Shown here: positions 53,892 through 61,200 of the stretch, piece by piece | How the letters are laid out: each line of letters starts with the position of its first letter | Position numbering within the stretch: position 1 is the first letter of the stretch | DNA from: Elusimicrobiota bacterium | GTDB taxonomy: Bacteria > Elusimicrobiota > Elusimicrobia > FEN-1173 | Reading direction: 5' to 3' | NCBI GenBank assembly: GCA_016722575.1 | Contig: JADKIY010000002.1 | Coordinates: forward strand, 136,734 to 200,733 | Length of the DNA stretch: 64,000 bases | The notes under the pieces: generated by a model | What the model was told of the DNA's origin: nothing | Seen by the model: the letters and a program-made list of their open reading frames with translations, nothing else | Databases searched by the model: none | Program-made: the position numbers and the translations under genes

Positions 53892-55129
53892 GCCGTTCCG
53901 CCGTTTTCGGCGCGGCGGCCCTCTTCCTTTTACCGTCGATCGCCCAAACCGCTCCCCCCGTTCCCGAGGCGGCCATCGCCCCGGCCAACGATCTCAAACA
54001 AATCCTGAAAACGGCCCGGCAATTGGAATTGAAGGGCGATTACCGCGCCGCCTGCCGGACCTACCTCTCCGCCCTCCCCGATCACGCCGCCGACCTTCGA
54101 ATCCAAACCGGTCTCAAGCGCGCCGCCGGCGCCCTGGCCCGGGACATGGACGCCCAACGGCAAAAAGCCACGGACCGCTACGTGCGCGACGCCCAAATGA
54201 GCGCCGACCGGTCCTACGCCTACCAGAAAAGCCAGCGGGACCGGGTCGTCAAAGCGAAACGGTTGATTTCGAAGGGCCAATACCTGGCCGCCTCGGACGC
54301 GCTGAACACGATATTGGAGGAATCTCCCGGCATGGACGAAGCCCGGGACCAGTTGGACCGCGCCACGCGGCTCATGGCGGGTCGGCTCAAGCGCGGCAAG
54401 TTTCCGACGGTGCAACACCAGGCGGTCTGGGAAGGACTTGTCTTTTACAATCGCGCGGATTTTGAATCCGCCGCCCGCTCCCTGCGCCTGGCCCTCAGCG
54501 CCGGTTCGATTCCGACCGATCTCGCGGACGCCCGGGTGGAAAATTACGCCGTGCTGGCCGAGAAGAAACAGGCCCTGGCCCTCTGGCGCCAGGAGCGGCA
54601 AATCCTCCTCCTCAAAGCCGAGAACGCCAAGAAAGACGGCGACCTGGCCGCGGCCAAGGCCTCCTACGAACGAATTTTGAATAAAGACCCCGGCGACGCC
54701 GACGCCCGAGCCGGCCTGGAAAACCTGGGCTCCGTCGTGAAAGCCGTCGAAAAAGCCGTGGTCAAAGAAGTGCGCCGCAAGGAAGTCCCCGACCTCCTGG
54801 CCAAGGGCACCATCGACATGGTCCACGAACGTTACACCGACGCCCTGGAATCTTTTCACGCCGTTTTGCAGTTGGAACCCGACAACGCCGAAGCCAAGGA
54901 ACAGATCAACGAAGTGCAGCGGCTCATGAAAGGGCGCAAGCTCTACGTCCCCCCCGTGAACGTCAAGAGCGCCGCCGACGATAAATACCGGGAAGGCCTC
55001 AAACTCTACGGCAACGAACAATATTCCGAAGCCCAGGCCGCCTTTGAAGAAGCCCTCCAAATCGACCCCAAGCACGACGACGCCCGCCAAGCTCTCAAAC
55101 GCTTAAAAGACCAAGCCAAGCAACCGTAA
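53888..55129 (+). CDS. Secreted tetratricopeptide-repeat protein
   Basis: GTG overlapping the PorV-like stop (GTGA). Signal peptide 'VSRSAVFGAAALFLLPSIAQTAPP'. Multiple TPR-like helical pairs, with a C-terminal 'YSEAQAAFEEALQIDPKHDDARQAL'. Confidence 0.7.
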   Translation: MSRSAVFGAAALFLLPSIAQTAPPVPEAAIAPANDLKQILKTARQLELKGDYRAACRTYLSALPDHAADLRIQTGLKRAAGALARDMDAQRQKATDRYVRDAQMSADRSYAYQKSQRDRVVKAKRLISKGQYLAASDALNTILEESPGMDEARDQLDRATRLMAGRLKRGKFPTVQHQAVWEGLVFYNRADFESAARSLRLALSAGSIPTDLADARVENYAVLAEKKQALALWRQERQILLLKAENAKKDGDLAAAKASYERILNKDPGDADARAGLENLGSVVKAVEKAVVKEVRRKEVPDLLAKGTIDMVHERYTDALESFHAVLQLEPDNAEAKEQINEVQRLMKGRKLYVPPVNVKSAADDKYREGLKLYGNEQYSEAQAAFEEALQIDPKHDDARQALKRLKDQAKQP

Positions 55130-55193
55130 ATCGGCTCCCGTTTTTCCCCGCCGTTTGGATGTAAAATCATTGGAAACTATCTGTTTTTACTGA

Positions 55194-55222
55194 TTGACAT
55201 CTTTTATATTCCGTAATATAGT
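55194..55222 (+). promoter_or_regulatory. Near-consensus sigma70 promoter TTGACA-N17-TATAGT for the giant YD-repeat gene
   Basis: 'TTGACAtcttttatattccgtaaTATAGT' in an AT-rich intergenic region. ~57-nt leader with 'aggaaacgaggg' RBS region before the ATG at 55288. Confidence 0.55.
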
Positions 55223-55287
55223 AGTAGCAACTCACCCAGGGCTGCATACTTCTTTTAAATACTAATTCGACGCGAGGAAACGAGGGC

Positions 55288-58200
55288 ATGGCGACCGCCA
55301 AACCTCTGTTGATTCGACCCCTATTCCTTCTGGCCCGGCGCCTACGCCGGGTCGGTTTTGTTTGTGGGCGGTTGGCCTTCCCCGCCCTCCGTTTATCGAC
55401 GGCGGGGGCCTTCCTTTTCGTCACCCTGGCGACCCCCTTCTCCCAGGCCCGGGCCCAGAGCCGGGCGTCCTTCTCCTCCCGCCAATACGACGAGTTTTCC
55501 ACTTCCCGGGAAGACGGCGACTACTTCAGCCCCGACCGCCTTCGCCAACGCCTCCACACCTTGGACACCATGGTGGAGGGCCTCAACAACCGTTTCGCCC
55601 GGCTCCAGGGCCGTTCCTTGGACCGCGGCGCGTCGGAGAACCTGACGCCCCAGGTGTTCCAAGCCGCGCTGGAACGATTCCAGGCGGCCGCCCAATTCTC
55701 CTCGGAAATTGAAATGAAGCGGGCCCAGTTCTCCCAAACCCTGGCCTCCGCCGGGGGCTTCCAGTTCCGTTCCTACCCCGACGGCCGCCGAATGTGGTTT
55801 AAAAACGGCCGAGTCCACCGCATCGAAAACGAAAAAATCACCGACGGCCAGGGCCGGGTCGGCCACCAGGACGTGGTGGACATGGCCTACGACAAACGAG
55901 GGAATCTCCTTTCCTCCAAAACCATCCTCCGGGACGCCGACGGGCATCTGACCACCAAAAACTGGGTCGGGACCTACGCCGACGGGCCCAACGGGAAATC
56001 CGTTCTGGCCTCCTTCGCCGAAACCACCTGGGACCCCCTGGGGAACGAAACCAAAATCGAACGGACCGGCCTGACCTACGGCGACGGCGGGAAAAATGCG
56101 ATCTCCTATCAGGAAACGACCACCGACAAATACGGGCAGACCGCCCGGCGCACCGTCACGGGCTCCTCCTACGATGGGGACGGAAACCTTCTTTCCTTTC
56201 ACGAAGAATCCGAGGAAAACGGCGTCGCCCTGTCCAAGGATTGGTCCGGCGCCGTCTACCAGAAATACCAACGGGACGGCAAAGACGCCTGGCGCCTGAC
56301 CTCCTACAGCGAAACCACGACCGACGCCCAGGGGCGCCAAAGCCGCCGGGAGTGGGGCGGCGCGACCTACGACGAAAACAATTCCTTAAAGACCTACACC
56401 CAGAAAGACACCGACTCCTCCGGCGAAAGCCGGGTTCTGACCTGGGGCGGGGCCCGCTACGACGCCCGGGGCAACGTGACGGAATTTACGGAAACCCGGA
56501 CGGGTCCGGAGGGAGAGTCGCGGCGGACCTGGCGGGGCGGCCAATACGACGCCCACAGCCGCCTGACCGATTTTGAGGAGTTGAACGTCGACGCCCAGGG
56601 CGTCTCCACCAGCCGCCGCTGGTCGGGGGCGGAATACAACGCCAAAGGCGACCTTCTCCGATATCGCGAAACCGACGTGGACGGCCACGGTTTGGAATCG
56701 GTTCGAACCTGGACGGCCGGTTCCTACAACGACGGACGCCTCACCGCTTACTCCGAAACGACCGTGGACGACCGGGGCCACGCGGCCCTTCGTCAATGGA
56801 ACGGGCTTTACGGCGCCGACCGTCGGTTGGGCTCCTTCAGCGAAGAGTCCACCGATGCCCTGGGGAACGTCACCCGACGGGGCCAGGAGGGATTGACCTA
56901 CGATTCCCTGGGCCGCGCCCAGGCCTACGACGAATGGTCCGAGGACGCCTTTGGCCAGCGAACGGCGTCCCGTTGGACCGCCGCGGGCTACGACCTCAAG
57001 GATCGCCTCACCGGTTACCAATTAATCGAAACCCTTCCCTCCGGCCGAACCATGACGACCGCCCGAAGCGCCATGACTTACGACTCCGCCGGGCGGTTGG
57101 CGCAATACGACGACGCCCTGACGGCCCAGGGAGGAAATTCCCCCGACGCCACGGGGCGGCAGACGGTCCGGGTCCTGTCCTTTGATGCCTTTGGCCAGGC
57201 CACGCTGACCCAAACCACCTCCACCAACGCCCTGGGCGAAGCGACCGAGCGGACCCACCAAGCGGAATACGACGGCCGGGGCCGGTTGGCCTCCACCGCC
57301 GACACCCTCCGGTCCGCCGACGGCGCGCCGGACGTCGCCCGTTGGTCCGTCGACGCCTTTGACGAATACGACCGCGCCACGGCCACCCGGGAAATCACGG
57401 GCGCGGGCGAAAGCGAAAAAACAAAAGTTTGGTCGGGCCGGTTCGATTCCAAAGGACTCGCGACGGAATCCACCGAAACGACCACCGACGCCCGGGGCCT
57501 TTCCATCACCACCCGCCTCTCCGACGCCGTCCACAACGCCCAGGGCCGGTTGACGGATTCCCTGCAAGTCACCCAACGCTCGGACATGCCCGGCGTGACC
57601 ATCGAAACCCGAACGACCGAGCGAACCTACGACCGGGCCGGCGCCGTGACCGGCGGGCGGGAAGTCACCCGAACCACCGGGGAATGGAACGGCCAACCCC
57701 TGGATGTCACCACCGTCCGCCGGACGGAGGAAGCCGTTCTGGCCGACGGGTTCGTCACGGGCTATCGGCAAACCGTCCTCACGACCGGCGTCTCGGACGG
57801 GAGATCCCTTCACACCCAGGATGAAACTCGCGTCGCTTTGGGCGCGAAGGGAGATCGCACCGAGACCACCCATCGGTTGGCCTTTGGGAAGGACGAAATC
57901 CTTGAAACCGACGCCTATTCGACCCTGCGGCGAACCAACCTGCTGGCGGACCTGGCCGGCCGCGCCCTTTCCTACACTGAGGAACGGTCCGAAGATTTCT
58001 CCCCCTTGGCCAAAACAACGACCCGGCGGGAAAACCGCTATTCGGCCGCGGGAGTCCTGACAGGGTTCACCGAGGACTCCGTGGACGGCCTGGGGCTCCG
58101 CTCCCACAGCGAAACCATCGGCCTGGTGGAGAACGCCGCCGGCCAACAGATCGCCAGTCGGGAACGCATCACGCACCCCGGCCAAACGGTGGTGGTGGAC

Positions 58201-61200
58201 GAGATCGCCAAATCCGAAATAGTCTATTCCCCCCTGGGCCAATTGGCTTCCTACCGGGAACAAACCCTTTCGACCGGGCCCGGGCTTTCCAACGCCGCCG
58301 ACGCCCGTAAAACCCTGAGCTACGACGGGGCCGGCCGAGTCGCCGTCTCGAGCGAAACGGGCACGCGAAACGGCGCGGCCTATACCACCAACACCTTCAA
58401 CGCCGCCTTCGATTTGAAAGGCCGCCCAGTTCATTCCGTGGAAGAATCCACGGGCCCCGGCGGTCCCTCCGACATCGAACGGTCCGCCGTCGCCTTCGAC
58501 GATTTCGGCCGGCGGGTTTCCTACCACGAAGAAGGCGTTGCCGGCGGGTCCATGGTCCATCAAACCGTCGCCACGGAATACGACGCCCTGGGCCGGGAGG
58601 CGGCCACCGAAACCACCGGTTTCCGGGAATCGGGCGCCTTCCGCGAGCGGAGCGAAACCACGGGGATCAACGATTTGGGCCAATCGACCGGCCGGCGGGT
58701 CACGGGGCATTCGGCCGCCGAAGGCGATTACGCTTATTCCCAGACCGGACAGGTTTACGGCCTGGCCGGTGATTTAATTTCGTTTGATAAAGAACGCACC
58801 GATGTCGACGGCATCACCCGTTCCCATTGGGCGTCCAAAGGCGCCGACGCCCGGGGCCGCTCCCTGGGTTATACCGAGACCGGGTCGGTCGCCAAAGACG
58901 GCCAGCCCCTTTACGAGTTCACGACCGAGCAAACGGCCGGGGCCTACACCCTTCAAAACCAAGCGGCCTCCTACGACGCCGTCACCACCAAACGATTCTC
59001 CAACGGCCCGGTGGAAACCGCCGCCACCCATTGGACCGACGGGGCCTACGACGCCCAGGGCCGCTTGACGGGCTTTAAAGAAACCCAAACGACGACGTTG
59101 ACCGACAACGGCCAAACGAAAACGTCCACGACCTCCCGCCTTCGGGAAAGCGCCACCTACTACGACGACAACGGGCCCGGCCATCTCAAAGGCCAGTTGG
59201 CCTCCACGGTCGAAGTCCTGCTGGACGATTTGTCGCCGGAAAAAGCCCGGCGGGTCCGAACCGCCGGCATGACCTACGACGCCGAGGGCCGTTTGATCGG
59301 CGCCGAATCCACGACCGGCGAGGTGAACCGGCTGAAGGACGCGCTCCGGCGCCTGGGCGATCTGCTGGGCGGCGGCGCGAAGGCGGGCGGAAACATTTTG
59401 ACCGGCCTGCGCCAACTTTTGGAGAACACCGCCGACCTAACCTCCGACGTTGTGGCCTGGGCAAAGGACAACCTGGTTTCCCCCACCCAGGTCTTCCTGG
59501 AGGGCCTGGGCGCCTGGCTGGCCGACGTGGCGGGTGGCAAAGGCGCCGCCAATCCCGCGCTGGACCGCGAAGCCGTGTCGGAACTGGTTTATCGAATTCA
59601 CGAAAAGGCCGGCGGCGCCAACCTCGAGGAGATCCCCGCGGGATTTCAGTCCGCCGCCGCGGCGTTGGGGACCTTCGACCAAACGCTCACGGTGACCCGC
59701 GCCGTGGACAAAGTGTTTGACCCCCAGGGCCGGGCCACCGCCTGGCGCGAGATCGCCCTTTCCGCCTCGGCCCCGGACCGCCCGGCCGTCACCGACGTTC
59801 GCGTCACCTACAAGGACAATTCCCGACTCCTCTCGACCTACGCCGCCCGTACCGTGGAAGGCGAAAAAGTGACCCAGCTTTTCCGGGACCATTACGCCTA
59901 CGACGCCTTAAACCGCGGTCTCTACCGCGAAGCGACCTTCGAGGGCGAGGACCTCGCTGTTCTCTCCGTTGAAAAAGGGAATGTTTCCACCACCGGCGCC
60001 CAGTGGGGCTCGCTAAAAGGCGAGGCGCGCTCCCTGCTCCTCTCGGACATATTGGAGGGCAGCACGGAAATCATCGGCAAGGTGGATTTCAAACGAATCG
60101 ACGACGCGACCTTTGACGCGGCCGGGAACATGCTGGACATTTTCGGAACCCGAACGACTCGGGGAATTGTTTTGTCGGATTTCGCCCAAGGGCAAGCCAT
60201 CCCAAGCGATTACGGCGCCATGGTCGAATCCGCGCTGAAGGCGGCCCAGGCCGAATACGACCAATCCCTCGCCGCCCTCGCCGAAATCGCCGACGCGGCG
60301 GAAGCCCAAGCCTCCCTTCAAAAAAACGCGGTCGCCCGGGACCAAGGGGCGGTTCAGGACGCCGACGACTTGTTGAAAGCCGCCATCGCCGCCAAGGAAG
60401 ACGCCCTGGCGCGGCTGGCGCAGGCCGGCAAACGAAAATCCGAACTGGAGGCGGCCGTGGCGCAGTTCGTTTCCGACCGCAAGGAAATCGACCGTCAATC
60501 AATCACCCCGCGAACTCCCATTGCGCCCATTGTTTCCCCCGAATACGTGAAAGACGGCAAAACCTATGTGGACGTCACGACCACCCAGTGGTACCAAGTT
60601 CTCAAATTCGACGACGCCGGCAACTTGGTTAAGACCTTTGTCCAACGCCTGACGACGGATCGCAATCTGGTCGGGGGCCATGGCGGCGGGCCCGTCGACC
60701 GCACCGTGACCGAATCCGAAGCCGATCCGGGGAGTCTTTTCGGATTTTCGTCTGGGAATCGAGGAACCGAGATATTGTTAAAAGCCGACGACGGCCACGG
60801 CGCCTGGGCCGACAAACTTCCCCAAGGGGACGCCCCCAGCTTCCAAATCGACGGCAAGCGCCTTTTCTCTTTGAGTCCATCCGCCGTCGCCGCCCTCACC
60901 CGGTTGGCCGACCTTCACCGATCCCTCGCCGCCACGGTCGCCGAAACCGACCAATCCACCACGAATTTCAATGCGGCCGTTATCGCCGTTAACACCGCCG
61001 CCGCCGACCTGCAAACGGCCAACGCGGCCTTGGCCGTTTCCCAGTCGGCCCTGGACGCCGCCCAAAGCGCCGCGCAATCGGCCCAATCGGAACTTCAAAA
61101 CATAAAAGTCCAAGGATTGTCCGGCCTCGAAAACAAAAAAATCGCCATCGCGGGCGAATTTGCCGCCAACGCCGCCGCCCTGGCTAAAACGCTTTCGGGT

